Origin: Gemmatimonadaceae bacterium
GTDB lineage: Bacteria > Gemmatimonadota > Gemmatimonadetes > Gemmatimonadales > Gemmatimonadaceae
Length of the DNA: 64,000 nt
Assembly: GCA_045803545.1 (NCBI GenBank)
Contig: JBJMOW010000002.1
Span: 460,029 to 524,028 of the forward strand
Reading direction: 5' to 3'
Below the pieces are notes generated by a model. The model ran no database searches, was not told where the DNA came from, and was given only the letters and a program-made list of their open reading frames with translations. This document shows positions 39,601 through 48,151 of this stretch, piece by piece; the first letter of the stretch is position 1, and each line of letters begins with the position of its first letter. Both the position numbers and the translations under genes were made by a program.

Positions 39601-40748
39601 GAACCCTCGAGGGAGTAGGTGATCGACGTCCCGATCGGCTGCCAGTCGTCGAGGCGCACTTCGAGATCGTGCGTCGGCACTCCGCCCATGCTGAGAACGC
39701 CGACCCAGGAGCCGCTTGCCGCAAAGGTCTTCGCCTTCAGGTTGTGATAAGGCTGCTCCCACGTGCCGCCGGAATCCTGCGCGCGCTGTTTCGTCGTTGG
39801 CCGTCTGGCGATTCCCCACGAGCCGTTTGTAACCGCCTTCGCTCCATAGCCTGGCACGGCGCCCGCGATCAGGCGATCGTCGGGATTGTGGGTGAGATCG
39901 TTCGCGGCGAATGGCTGGAGCGTCGGGTTGTACGGGCCGCAGTTACGATTGGTGGCCCGACGATAGAACGCGGTCGTGTCGAACTGCGCGGCCGTAGCGT
40001 TGGCGACGCATCCGATCCACGCGCCCTGAAATCCGCGCCCCACAGGCTCGACCGAGATCGAGAGACCGCGAGGCATGTTGATGATGTGGCAAACACCCTT
40101 GCTGTCGATGTTGGGGTTTCTGAGCGCGGAGCCATCGTAACCCAAGCCGGTGTTCGTGTTCTGGAAGCCCGGGTGGATAATGAACCGTCGCTGTGTCTGC
40201 GAGGTGAAATCGATCGTGTATACGCCGCCGCCTGGCGTGATGCCGGCAGCGTTGGCTTTTACGTCGAACGGATCCCCGATCGGAACGAGGTTCCAGTCGA
40301 CGTCGTAGTAGCCGAGGCGCACTCGAAAGATTCCGTTCTTGTCGAACGTGAACGAGCTGCCGGTCGCTCCGAAAGTGGCGAGGTAGAGATCGATCGACGC
40401 GAGCTCGATCGCGACGCCCTGCGCGATATTGGGATTGAAGAAGAAATCGAGCGCGTATTCCTCGGATCCATCAACCGCATCGTGGAACGCGTGGCGGACC
40501 GTCGCCGTATTGGTCTGCGAGAAAATGGAGCTCGTCCCCGTCTGGGTTAAGGACAGCGCTCCGGAGTTTGCGTCCGCGGTGACATTCGTCTTGGTGCCCG
40601 CGTCCCAATCCGCTTTCGTCGACGCCTGTGCCGCTCGCGCCACGGCGAGGATGTCGACGTCGAGCTCCATGCACGGGTTGAGGCGTTGGCATGCTCTAAT
40701 GATCGAAGCGACTGAGCCCGCCGCCGGTATTCCTGGTAGAGTGGGCAT
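36633..40748 (-). CDS. Tail tip/central fibre protein with C-terminal Hint domain
   Basis: 1371 aa, beta-rich, downstream of TMP and Dit-like genes; ends GGPT-CVAPETLI...CSAKHRL...TFIAAGILNHN-IKPV. Confidence 0.8.
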   Translation of the reverse strand: MPTLPGIPAAGSVASIIRACQRLNPCMELDVDILAVARAAQASTKADWDAGTKTNVTADANSGALSLTQTGTSSIFSQTNTATVRHAFHDAVDGSEEYALDFFFNPNIAQGVAIELASIDLYLATFGATGSSFTFDKNGIFRVRLGYYDVDWNLVPIGDPFDVKANAAGITPGGGVYTIDFTSQTQRRFIIHPGFQNTNTGLGYDGSALRNPNIDSKGVCHIINMPRGLSISVEPVGRGFQGAWIGCVANATAAQFDTTAFYRRATNRNCGPYNPTLQPFAANDLTHNPDDRLIAGAVPGYGAKAVTNGSWGIARRPTTKQRAQDSGGTWEQPYHNLKAKTFAASGSWVGVLSMGGVPTHDLEVRLDDWQPIGTSITYSLEGSNVSAAGPWTSIGAVKDGTILVNGNYFIWYRLTASFTAGPASGTRFATPSLQAWMMVERVTLNTYRYLKDFDSTVTADPVTGQSSIGELKLPILKAGRKDYRDLASLLGSSYAPSSLEAHVYARNTRDGTRLFLNSYRLENRDPQDGTEEMTFVSGFDRLSVKIPSAVETYRYPLSGTVAATTVALVSGTTYRVTPSTSGSHPFTGQSLVGFRAHGVTGNAAGIDYVIVANNNDHFDINADPNLQTVPVNGDTFEIHSDVTTRTGAAYVGQDYAAIYSDLLGVQSAVPARYRGILPPTTGRTGTFTLPSDGVKALDIIQDVALHADGIITWERGRIDFADIYSPNKVSVATWDDRHIVSLETPIGADRRMPSVRVKYGYQADTQKFTNQATYEAFDELTGWGRPNLFDVFEFPDNFCRWNDLAEANYSADKFQRAWKSGVRLWKVKTVLMWPWLKMGDAVTILTDQYTDRRLSFSADGLTDNGMPISGRVSAVGVIVGKNLWGTDFIVAIRGLDAISGVGQSGAVSTTGMPVVFKPPVPTITPSATEADDTTRTLTLNAVAGSGGGGTNLTWAIYVKISNSAETLLNSGDGTSFAYAQVVNRDLRSTKLIRFRVTDTITGLFSEIHTSVPSQRQEIDTTGHVKRGRPFDDGDYGGRSTTNDGLTSHSSHVDSRGYALNTHFNTSHHIFDDVPEGSTYKRTTANEKTGGSRGFTQLHSSGYLDGAFRHAPSAIAGAWSAQVISNANRGSPTPVSSSGTTISIGAWSLVVGDTGNNEKVVDYGSGTCTQNATGKNYIYTDDITIAGGGSPTYFALIEPNYLPNQQAHLYVGQIVTSGGSGTGSGTGGPTCVAPETLILVCDRHGKHLHEKRADQIEVGDYVWTIPEFRQDHFGAFRVKAASAYLMEARTKIWFEDGRHIVCSAKHRLKLAGADAWRQAQTLFPGQVLMGSPRARVEHVIRSWDLGPVVKLTVEKAQTFIAAGILNHNIKPV

Positions 40749-41615
40749 CTAGACGTAGAGCGTTGGCACGACTTCCTCGAATTCGCCGCGGATCTCTCGG
40801 TGAACCGGATTCACCTTGGGATCGTAGAGGAGATCGCCGGGGAGTTGGAACATTCGCATCTGGCCCACGCCCGTCGTGTCCGAATCGTCGAACGCGAACC
40901 AGCAGGGCGCGTTGTAGCGGAGCATGCGACGGATTTCGGCATCGAACGGTGCGTAGTCAGTCGATTCGACTGAGACCGCGAAAGCCACCTTGTCGAAATT
41001 CATGGGCCGCGATTTTACTCTGACTGCGCCGCGCGAGAGCTCGTTTCGCTGATACTTGACCTGCGTGCCGTAGTCGTAGGCCCCCGGCGCGTCCATAAAT
41101 TCCGAGAATCTGTAAGAGACTCCGAGATGAAGACCGGTAACTATCGGCGCGATACCGACACCCATGCCGATCGACTGGATCAACCACACCCTTTTTGCGG
41201 CGGTAGAGAACGTTTTCCACCAGACACCATCTGGCGTCAAACAGCCATTCGCATCAGATGGAAGGCCACCTGGGGTCGACGGAACCGTACAGGAGGCGTA
41301 TTGGACGACTCCGACTGAGAGGGTCGAGTCGTCGCAGCCATAAACATTGAAGGCCTGCCCTTTGAAGTTGTGGCCGCGGTCGAGCACTACGGTGTTCGGG
41401 CTTTGAACCGACAGGCAGTCGACGTAGAGGTCGCGTGTGCCGTTCGTTCCTACCGTCGTCCAACTGGTCATGTCGCGGAGGTTGTCGGCAACGTGAAAGG
41501 GCTCGTGGCCGGGAGCATCGTCGGCCGTTCCCGAAAAATTCTGGACGACAAAACCCGGATGTAGCACGACGTTGTCGTAGAGGTTGTCGGTGAGGATGAG
41601 CGGTTTGTTGGACAT
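40749..41615 (-). CDS. Distal tail (Dit-like) protein
   Basis: Position between TMP and tail-tip gene. Confidence 0.55.
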   Translation of the reverse strand: MSNKPLILTDNLYDNVVLHPGFVVQNFSGTADDAPGHEPFHVADNLRDMTSWTTVGTNGTRDLYVDCLSVQSPNTVVLDRGHNFKGQAFNVYGCDDSTLSVGVVQYASCTVPSTPGGLPSDANGCLTPDGVWWKTFSTAAKRVWLIQSIGMGVGIAPIVTGLHLGVSYRFSEFMDAPGAYDYGTQVKYQRNELSRGAVRVKSRPMNFDKVAFAVSVESTDYAPFDAEIRRMLRYNAPCWFAFDDSDTTGVGQMRMFQLPGDLLYDPKVNPVHREIRGEFEEVVPTLYV

Positions 41616-43504
41616 CAGAGCGCGACTCGGATCGGCTGGTTGAGATTGGTGGCGCGGTCGATCTGCTGGCGCGTGCGCGCGATCTCGCGCCCAGACTGAT
41701 CCTGGTGGATCAGGACGAACTCGAACTTGGTGATCTGGTCCGACTCACCCGCTCGGGCACCAGCTCCGAGCTGCGCCCCTGCCGGTCCACCACCGCCGCC
41801 GCCGCCGGATCCGGCACCCCCGCCGCCGCCGCCGCCGGCGATCCCGGCAACTACGCCCGCTTCGGTCGCGAACACTGCACCAGCTTCGAGGTGCCGCGCG
41901 CCGCCGGCGAAGTTGAGGTCCGCGAAGTCGCCGGCGGCGAGTGCGAACTGTTTAGCAGCCAGGCCCTCGAGGAGCTTTACTTCCGGATCCAGTGCGGCCC
42001 GGAGAAGTTGGCGGCCGAGATCCTTCCGGCTGTGAATGAGCGCGTTGCTCATGTTCGTCTCGACCGAGTAGATCAGGTCTGCCCGCTTCTTGATGACGTC
42101 GGCCTCTTTTTTCGCGTCCTTTTCTTTTTGCGTTAGCTGCTCCGCATCGAAGCGCTTGTTCTCAGCGCTGATTCGTCGATTCAGGGCCTGGACCGCGGCG
42201 ACTTCCTCATCATCGGCCTGTTTCTGCAAAGCCGCTTTGAGATCGTTCGAGATGTTCATCTCATCGATCTCCTTTCGCCTGACCTCGCGCTTTGCCTCAA
42301 TGACTGCGAGCTGCGAGAGCGCACCTGCCGGCGACGCGACATCCATCGCAGATGCTTTGGTCTCGAGCGTCCGGACGTTCAGGACATCGAGATCGCGGCG
42401 GGCTTTCTCATCATCCTTCATGCGGCGATCGAGAGCTGCGATCGCGGCCGAGCCCATTCTCACCGCCTCGTGCAGCTGCGCGAGTTCGGCGCCCTCGAGA
42501 CCTTTCTGTTGCTTCTCCTTCGGGAATAGCGCGCTATGGAGTTTGTCGATTTCGCTCCCCATACCAGCGCGGCCGGAGACATCCCATTTTGGAAGTTTGT
42601 CTAATGCTTCCTGGTCGGCCTTGAGTAGAGCGAGGCCGATGAGACGCTGCTCATGAGTGGCTTGGTGATGCGTTATGAGTGAGGCGAGGTCGGACGTGAA
42701 GGTCCGGTCCTGCGACTCTGTGCTCTTCGTGTAAAGAGCGTCGCGGTTCGCGATGGCAACGGCAAGGTCGTCGTTTGCCTTCGTCAAATTCGCCTTTAGA
42801 GTGTTCGTACTCCCCTGCGAGAACGGGTTGGCTAATGCTGCTTTCGCGCTCGCGACTTCCGCCTGCGCCGCCCCGACCGTCTGACCCTCAACGCCCCCGG
42901 CAAGTCTTTGGGCCTCCACCTCCCTCATCTTCTTGAGAAGGTCGTCTTGCGCCTTCTCCGCCTCGCGTGACGAGCTCGTAAATAGATCGTAGATCCCGAC
43001 GACTGCATCGATGCCCGCCAGGATAGCCGTGATCTCGATCGAGCCAATCGCAAACTTTCCAAGGCTCGTGACTAGGAGGCCGAGGGTCGAGTTGACGCCC
43101 AGCGTATGCTCGGCGAAGCTTGAGAGGCCCCGCTCCACGCGGCCCAGGGAAAGCGAGTGCTCTCCCAAGTGTCCGCTCGCTTCCGCGACCATCGCGGAAA
43201 AGAACCCCATGTTCTTGGTGCCGGCGACCGTCGCTACCGATTGTGATTTTATCCGGTCGTCGGTTCGGCTGATCGCGACCTCGAGCTTCAGCTGCTGCTC
43301 ATGCGTCGCTTTCGAAACGGTCAGATACTCGCGCGCTGCGTCCGCCGCTTTCTTCCACGTCTGGACGGCAATGTCGTTCGTCGTGTCGATAGCTTGCCCG
43401 AGCAGGCTGACTTCTCGAATCGTCGCGTTTATCGAACGCGAAACGTCCTTCGCGTCAGCGATTAGATCGACCGCTACTTGGGCTGCCGCCCCCGACAAAC
43501 TCAT
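41615..43504 (-). CDS. Tail tape measure protein
   Basis: Ala-rich helical 629 aa after the chaperone genes; Gly-rich C-terminus. Confidence 0.75.
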   Translation of the reverse strand: MSLSGAAAQVAVDLIADAKDVSRSINATIREVSLLGQAIDTTNDIAVQTWKKAADAAREYLTVSKATHEQQLKLEVAISRTDDRIKSQSVATVAGTKNMGFFSAMVAEASGHLGEHSLSLGRVERGLSSFAEHTLGVNSTLGLLVTSLGKFAIGSIEITAILAGIDAVVGIYDLFTSSSREAEKAQDDLLKKMREVEAQRLAGGVEGQTVGAAQAEVASAKAALANPFSQGSTNTLKANLTKANDDLAVAIANRDALYTKSTESQDRTFTSDLASLITHHQATHEQRLIGLALLKADQEALDKLPKWDVSGRAGMGSEIDKLHSALFPKEKQQKGLEGAELAQLHEAVRMGSAAIAALDRRMKDDEKARRDLDVLNVRTLETKASAMDVASPAGALSQLAVIEAKREVRRKEIDEMNISNDLKAALQKQADDEEVAAVQALNRRISAENKRFDAEQLTQKEKDAKKEADVIKKRADLIYSVETNMSNALIHSRKDLGRQLLRAALDPEVKLLEGLAAKQFALAAGDFADLNFAGGARHLEAGAVFATEAGVVAGIAGGGGGGGAGSGGGGGGGPAGAQLGAGARAGESDQITKFEFVLIHQDQSGREIARTRQQIDRATNLNQPIRVAL

Positions 43505-43896
43505 TTCCGCTCCTTTACCTTTTCCGCATCGATTCGGGCGTGCTCACTTGCGATTACGATCATGGCCTCGAGCAGCTGGGGATTTTCTCGGCCTGGCGGC
43601 CATTTACCCCAGCGTTCGACCACGCCATAGACGGTGAGCCACTGATTGATTTTCCTGTCCGCGAGCACCATGCTCCACGGGCAGCGCTTCGTTAGAAGCG
43701 GCCTTCTTTCCCGACCCAGTTCGATCCGATAGGTCGGGACTTTTTTTTCAGGACGCTCGTGACCCGCAATGCCGCAGGTGAGCTCGTCTCTTACTCGCTC
43801 GCTGCAGGTCCCGCAGTTGGGGGTGTATCGTCGTCCGTCCTTGGCTCCGATAGTGAAGCCTTGCCGTCCGATCCTGACGGCGGCTCGGAGTTTTTT
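43501..43896 (-). CDS. Tail assembly chaperone frameshift extension (gpT-like)
   Basis: -1 frame open from slippery A-AAA-AAC (43896-43890) to TGA at 43501, overlapping the TMP ATG. Confidence 0.8.
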   Translation of the reverse strand, partial: KKLRAAVRIGRQGFTIGAKDGRRYTPNCGTCSERVRDELTCGIAGHERPEKKVPTYRIELGRERRPLLTKRCPWSMVLADRKINQWLTVYGVVERWGKWPPGRENPQLLEAMIVIASEHARIDAEKVKERK

Positions 43897-44231
43897 TCCT
43901 GTTCCCCCGAAACGTTTACTTCGCTCATGAGCCCGTTGTAGATCGCGTTCCGTATCCCGGGTGGAATCGATCGGAAGTGTCGCGGATCCGAGTGATCGTA
44001 TGGCACTGGGCTACTGCCCTTCTGCCGCATCTGCATGCCTTCAATCCGAACGAGCTGCGCGCGAACGAGCTCCGTAGCGGCGGCGTTCTTTGCATCGTCG
44101 GTGGGAAAGGCATCGCGCCATTTGGACGCATCGACGATGTCGAGTGGCCGGACAACCGCGACCACGCCCGGAAATCCCGCTTCGTCGAGCGGGATCCGGA
44201 GCTCGTCCTCAAGTATTGGTAATGTGATCAT
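43791..44231 (-). CDS. Tail assembly chaperone (gpG-like)
   Basis: Between tail tube and TMP; contains the slippery site. Confidence 0.75.
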   Translation of the reverse strand: MITLPILEDELRIPLDEAGFPGVVAVVRPLDIVDASKWRDAFPTDDAKNAAATELVRAQLVRIEGMQMRQKGSSPVPYDHSDPRHFRSIPPGIRNAIYNGLMSEVNVSGEQEKNSEPPSGSDGKASLSEPRTDDDTPPTAGPAASE

Positions 44232-44238
44232 CGAACCT

Positions 44239-45231
44239 CTAATTCAGGAGGAAGCTGAACGCATCATTGGCCGCCGGCGTTGAGTCGTAGAGACCGCCCG
44301 AAAGTTTGATCAGCTGCGTGCCGGCATCGTCACTCTTGGCAACGTCTTCGATGCGTGCATTCGGAGCCGACCACGTGCACTTGTTGTATTGGGTGGCTCC
44401 GATCGTGAATGAGAGCGCGTTCACTGCATTCGTCAGCTGCAGGTTCTCGAAATCCTTGGTTCCGACGAGCTCATCCTCGAGCACGATCTCGAACGTGATC
44501 TTGCGTGTCCGGATACGATGCGTGGCCAAACCGCCGGGGGCATTCGCATTCTTGCGCTGCGCGATTTGGTTTCCGGTTGACATTCTGAAGCTGCGGATGA
44601 TTCCCGCCGAGAACCCGGCAATCGAGAGCGCAATGTTGTCAGCTACCGGTGGAACGGCAGTGCCGTAGCTCGATGCAACGATGGTCGGGACTGCGGCGTC
44701 GGTCGGCGCCTGGTAGAGTCCAGTGCGCTTCAGTGAAGCGACGAGCGGACCGCCGGCGTCAAGCGCGAATTCGATCTCGGCCTTGGCGCCAAGAATCTTG
44801 TACAGCTTGCCGTCGACGTAGTAGTACTCGGTTGCACCGAGCAGCCCCGTCGAGGCCGGCTTGTATGTGTATGACTCGGAGCCCCCGGTCGTGACCAGCG
44901 TCGACGAACAGCCGGCGGCGATCATGTAGGGGTGGAGCTCCGGCGTCGCAGCCGGGGTGGCTGCATAAGCGATTGTCGTCCGATTCCCGCGGAAGTGAAC
45001 CGTGTTCGGCCAGGTCGCCATTCTGCCTTTGGGCGAGAGCGGTGGCGAGGCTTGAATCGCGGCGCCGTCGATCAGCTTGTCGCGCGGCGTCTTGAATGCG
45101 AACGAGCCGTTCGCTTCGAGCGGTTCCAGGATCTGGATCGCATCGTTCGCGACCACGGGGACAGCATCCGTTCCGTCGGTCGTCTCGGCTTTCGCCAGGA
45201 GTACGCCAATTACTGAATTGCGATCAGACAT
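44239..45231 (-). CDS. Major tail tube protein
   Basis: LLAKAETTDGTD N-terminus; position; Thr/Ala/Gly-rich. Confidence 0.75.
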   Translation of the reverse strand: MSDRNSVIGVLLAKAETTDGTDAVPVVANDAIQILEPLEANGSFAFKTPRDKLIDGAAIQASPPLSPKGRMATWPNTVHFRGNRTTIAYAATPAATPELHPYMIAAGCSSTLVTTGGSESYTYKPASTGLLGATEYYYVDGKLYKILGAKAEIEFALDAGGPLVASLKRTGLYQAPTDAAVPTIVASSYGTAVPPVADNIALSIAGFSAGIIRSFRMSTGNQIAQRKNANAPGGLATHRIRTRKITFEIVLEDELVGTKDFENLQLTNAVNALSFTIGATQYNKCTWSAPNARIEDVAKSDDAGTQLIKLSGGLYDSTPAANDAFSFLLN

Positions 45232-45424
45232 CGTTCGACTCGGTTATGACCGACTCCTCGTCGGTGTCAGGTTGTGGTGCTAGAATCGGGAGCCCTGCGG
45301 CTTCGCGTTGTGCGCCCGTTAGTTCGCTTTCATGGATCCGTCTACCATCACCGAAATCGATGAAGAGGCCGCCACGCGGATCTGCGGGATAATCCTTTGG
45401 TTTGTCGCTCACGGATTTCTTCAT
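45224..45424 (-). CDS. Small hypothetical protein
   Basis: Overlap coupling on both sides. Confidence 0.5.
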   Translation of the reverse strand: MKKSVSDKPKDYPADPRGGLFIDFGDGRRIHESELTGAQREAAGLPILAPQPDTDEESVITESNDV

Positions 45425-45954
45425 GGCGCGAGATCTCTGACTGTGAGTGTGAATTCGACGGCGCCGGTCATGACGCCGCTCGATTGCGGTTGATTGGTCG
45501 GCCCGTACTTAAGCGTCGACGATTTGAAGATCTTGAATCCGTTCCGAGAACCAGCCGTGTCGCGTTTGCCGGCGGCGAGCAATCCCCTGGCGATCGATCG
45601 GACGATTGCCCGTAGCGAGTAATCGGTATCGCGCTCATTTCTGAACACGTGGCCGGATTCGGTGACGTATGCGATGATCACATCGACGTCGAAATCCCGG
45701 ATACCGCTCCATACCTGGCCCTGGGCACTGCCAGGCTTGGCGACGTCGACGACGACGAGCGGGAAAGACGTATCGACTTCCCTCACTGTGGGATCGGTGT
45801 CGACCGCGTTTCGGACAGTGACGTGGCCGGGACGGTCGTCTGGCGAGGATCCGCCGTTTGGCGTATCCATCGCGAGCAGATCGATCTGCGCGTTCGCCCC
45901 GAGCGTAGCGTCGTTGAGCACGGCTTCGACCATGCGAAGAGTCTCGATGATCAT
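45421..45954 (-). CDS. Tail terminator-like protein
   Basis: Position upstream of the tail tube gene; FPLVVV strand. Confidence 0.55.
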   Translation of the reverse strand: MIIETLRMVEAVLNDATLGANAQIDLLAMDTPNGGSSPDDRPGHVTVRNAVDTDPTVREVDTSFPLVVVDVAKPGSAQGQVWSGIRDFDVDVIIAYVTESGHVFRNERDTDYSLRAIVRSIARGLLAAGKRDTAGSRNGFKIFKSSTLKYGPTNQPQSSGVMTGAVEFTLTVRDLAP

Positions 45955-47282
45955 TAGAAGGGCATCGGCGCTGCGATGGCTTGGTAGATCCGGTCGCCGA
46001 AATAGTCATCGCCAGACTGCGTCGGATGAATGCCGTCGCTACCCGTTAAGAGGTCGGCATTCCCACTTCCGGTCGTAGCACCGACCTTACCCGTACCGGT
46101 GATGAATCCCAGCGTGTTCGCAACCGCGCTTGCCGAGACAATGGGATCGATAAAGAGATTCGGCCCGTTTGGGTCGCCAGCTAGGAGCGCAGCCTTCAAA
46201 GCATCGCGCATCGAAACCTGAAACGACGTCGGTGTCCCCGACGCAATCAGGTCTCCGATCACAATGAGTTTGACATAGGGAAGCGCTGCTCTGATCTGCG
46301 CATAGAGCGTCGTCGCTTCCGCCTGGATCTGCGCAGCACTAAAAGCGGAATCGTTGCCGCCGCCCTGAATAACGACAATCTCGGGCGAGTTGTTGATGAC
46401 GTCGGTGACGACGCGTGACCTGAACGTCGGCTGAGTGACATTGAGGTAGCCAGCCCCGCCGATGCCGGAAGTCCAGGCATCGCGTGACCAGCCGAGCAGT
46501 TTCGTCGCCCGATCGACGAAGCCACTGATCTGCGCCGTCGCTCCCGTGCCATTTGTCTTGGAGTCGCCCATCCAGATCGAGCGCGGACCATCAGGGAGAC
46601 TCGATGGCCAGAGTGTGTCGTTGGGACCGACGTTGAAGCCGCGGAATCCGCACTGGTTCGTGAGCTCGATCCGGATACGGCGGACAGCGCGGACGCCGCT
46701 GAAGTCCACCTTCTGCCAGTAGAGCGCGCCATCACCCGGAGGGCCAATGGTCGGAGTCGATGAGACGTACTGGCCGTCAACGAGGATTCGGAATGCAGCG
46801 TTACCCGAGATGCCGCGGGTGCCGAACTCGAAGACCGATCCGTCGAACATGGACTCGACGAACATGTTGCCGCCAGCCAGCGCGTTACAGTTGAACGAGC
46901 AGACCGTGAGCAGCGCGTTCGCCGCCTGCGAGACGACGTCCACCTTTCCGCCGGAGTACTTCCACGGAACAGCGGTGTTCTTGATCCACGTGCCGCTGCT
47001 GTTAACCGTGGCAGCCGTTGCGACCGCGCTAGCAATTGTACTCGCCGCGTTCGCCGTTCCCTGCGTCACGGTCGGCGGGGTCGCCATCGCTGGCGGGAGC
47101 CCGATCAGCCGCTGCATCGCGGGGAACGGTTGCATCGTTCCGAACTTGCTCGTCGCGAGTCTCCGCACGTCGAGCGACACGATCATGTCGCGGAAATCCT
47201 GCGCCGAGATCGAGCCGTCGGCCTGGCCGTCCTGAAAGAGCTGCGAGAGCAGTACGGCGATCTCGCGAAGTGTGTCAGGCAT
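45954..47282 (-). CDS. SGNH/GDSL hydrolase, probably virion-associated
   Basis: GDS, GIGGAGY, GGGND, DGIHP blocks. Confidence 0.85.
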   Translation of the reverse strand: MPDTLREIAVLLSQLFQDGQADGSISAQDFRDMIVSLDVRRLATSKFGTMQPFPAMQRLIGLPPAMATPPTVTQGTANAASTIASAVATAATVNSSGTWIKNTAVPWKYSGGKVDVVSQAANALLTVCSFNCNALAGGNMFVESMFDGSVFEFGTRGISGNAAFRILVDGQYVSSTPTIGPPGDGALYWQKVDFSGVRAVRRIRIELTNQCGFRGFNVGPNDTLWPSSLPDGPRSIWMGDSKTNGTGATAQISGFVDRATKLLGWSRDAWTSGIGGAGYLNVTQPTFRSRVVTDVINNSPEIVVIQGGGNDSAFSAAQIQAEATTLYAQIRAALPYVKLIVIGDLIASGTPTSFQVSMRDALKAALLAGDPNGPNLFIDPIVSASAVANTLGFITGTGKVGATTGSGNADLLTGSDGIHPTQSGDDYFGDRIYQAIAAPMPF

Positions 47283-47620
47283 TATGCGAAGGCCGGACTA
47301 AAGGCCGAGGTGCAGATGTGCGGATACGGATACTTGACGAGGTAGAGCTGAACGATTCCGCCGTCGCCAATAACTAGAGGATCGCGCACCTTCATCACTG
47401 CACCTGCGGCGGTGACTGTGTCGCCTCGCTTGGGCATTGGATTGAACGCGTTGTACGGGATCTCGAGCAGCGTGACGCGATCGACGACGTCGACGTAGCC
47501 CGCGGCGAGAGAATCTCTTTGATCGTAGGTGCTATCGATCGCCTTCACCGTGACCCCGTTGAAAACGAGATCCACGCCGAAGTCGCCGAAGAACGCAGAG
47601 AGATCCGAGTCGCCGAACAC
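47282..47620 (-). CDS. Head-tail joining protein (FII-like)
   Basis: DLSAFFGDFG, PKRGDTV, DGGIVQLYL; position. Confidence 0.65.
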   Translation of the reverse strand: MFGDSDLSAFFGDFGVDLVFNGVTVKAIDSTYDQRDSLAAGYVDVVDRVTLLEIPYNAFNPMPKRGDTVTAAGAVMKVRDPLVIGDGGIVQLYLVKYPYPHICTSAFSPAFA

Positions 47621-47627
47621 GATTCAT

Positions 47628-47894
47628 TTACCGACGTCGGATAGTGCGAGGGTCGCGCTGCTCGACTATCGGATCTCGCTGCTCGGGTTGCGCGACGTCC
47701 TCGTCGAAGACAGGATCCGCACGATTGGTGTCGATCAGCTGCTGCGCGATCGCAACGGGCAGATCGTGCGGGCCGCCTTCGAGGTGGTTGCCGTCGGGAC
47801 CCTGAACACCGAAGCCCGGCCGCAGCTTGACCTTCACCGTTCCGGTGATTTTCTCACCGCGAAGGTTCATCACCGTGTATTGATGCTGACTCAC
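47628..47894 (-). CDS. Small post-capsid protein
   Basis: DLPVAIAQQLIDTNRA motif; overlap coupling. Confidence 0.55.
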   Translation of the reverse strand: MSQHQYTVMNLRGEKITGTVKVKLRPGFGVQGPDGNHLEGGPHDLPVAIAQQLIDTNRADPVFDEDVAQPEQRDPIVEQRDPRTIRRR

Positions 47895-48136
47895 GAATCC
47901 GCCTGGATCTCGGGTGAGACTTCTTTGCTCTCGGTGATCTCGGCGGGTGCCGGCGTCTCCGGACGAATGATCCGGACGCGGTTTCGGTGTTCCTCTTCGC
48001 GCGCGAGATCTTGGTCGAGCTCCGCTTCCTGGCCGCTTTCGTAGGTCTCGGTCACAAGCTCGCCTTCCTCGGAGACGTGCGTCACCTGGAAACCGAAGAT
48101 CACCTTCACCTGAACTCTTTCTTTTACCTCTGACAT
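47891..48136 (-). CDS. Small acidic post-capsid protein
   Basis: GGAG RBS; YESGQEAELDQDLA. Confidence 0.55.
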   Translation of the reverse strand: MSEVKERVQVKVIFGFQVTHVSEEGELVTETYESGQEAELDQDLAREEEHRNRVRIIRPETPAPAEITESKEVSPEIQADS

Positions 48137-48151
48137 CAGTTGCTCCGTGGT

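Noticed and set aside
41785..41842. GGC/CCG-rich repeat tract
   Set aside because: Encodes the poly-Gly linker near the TMP C-terminus; not an independent repeat element.
43738..43750. Second A-run as the tail chaperone frameshift site
   Set aside because: Lies downstream of the gpG-like stop (43791), so it cannot produce the fusion; 43890-43896 fits.
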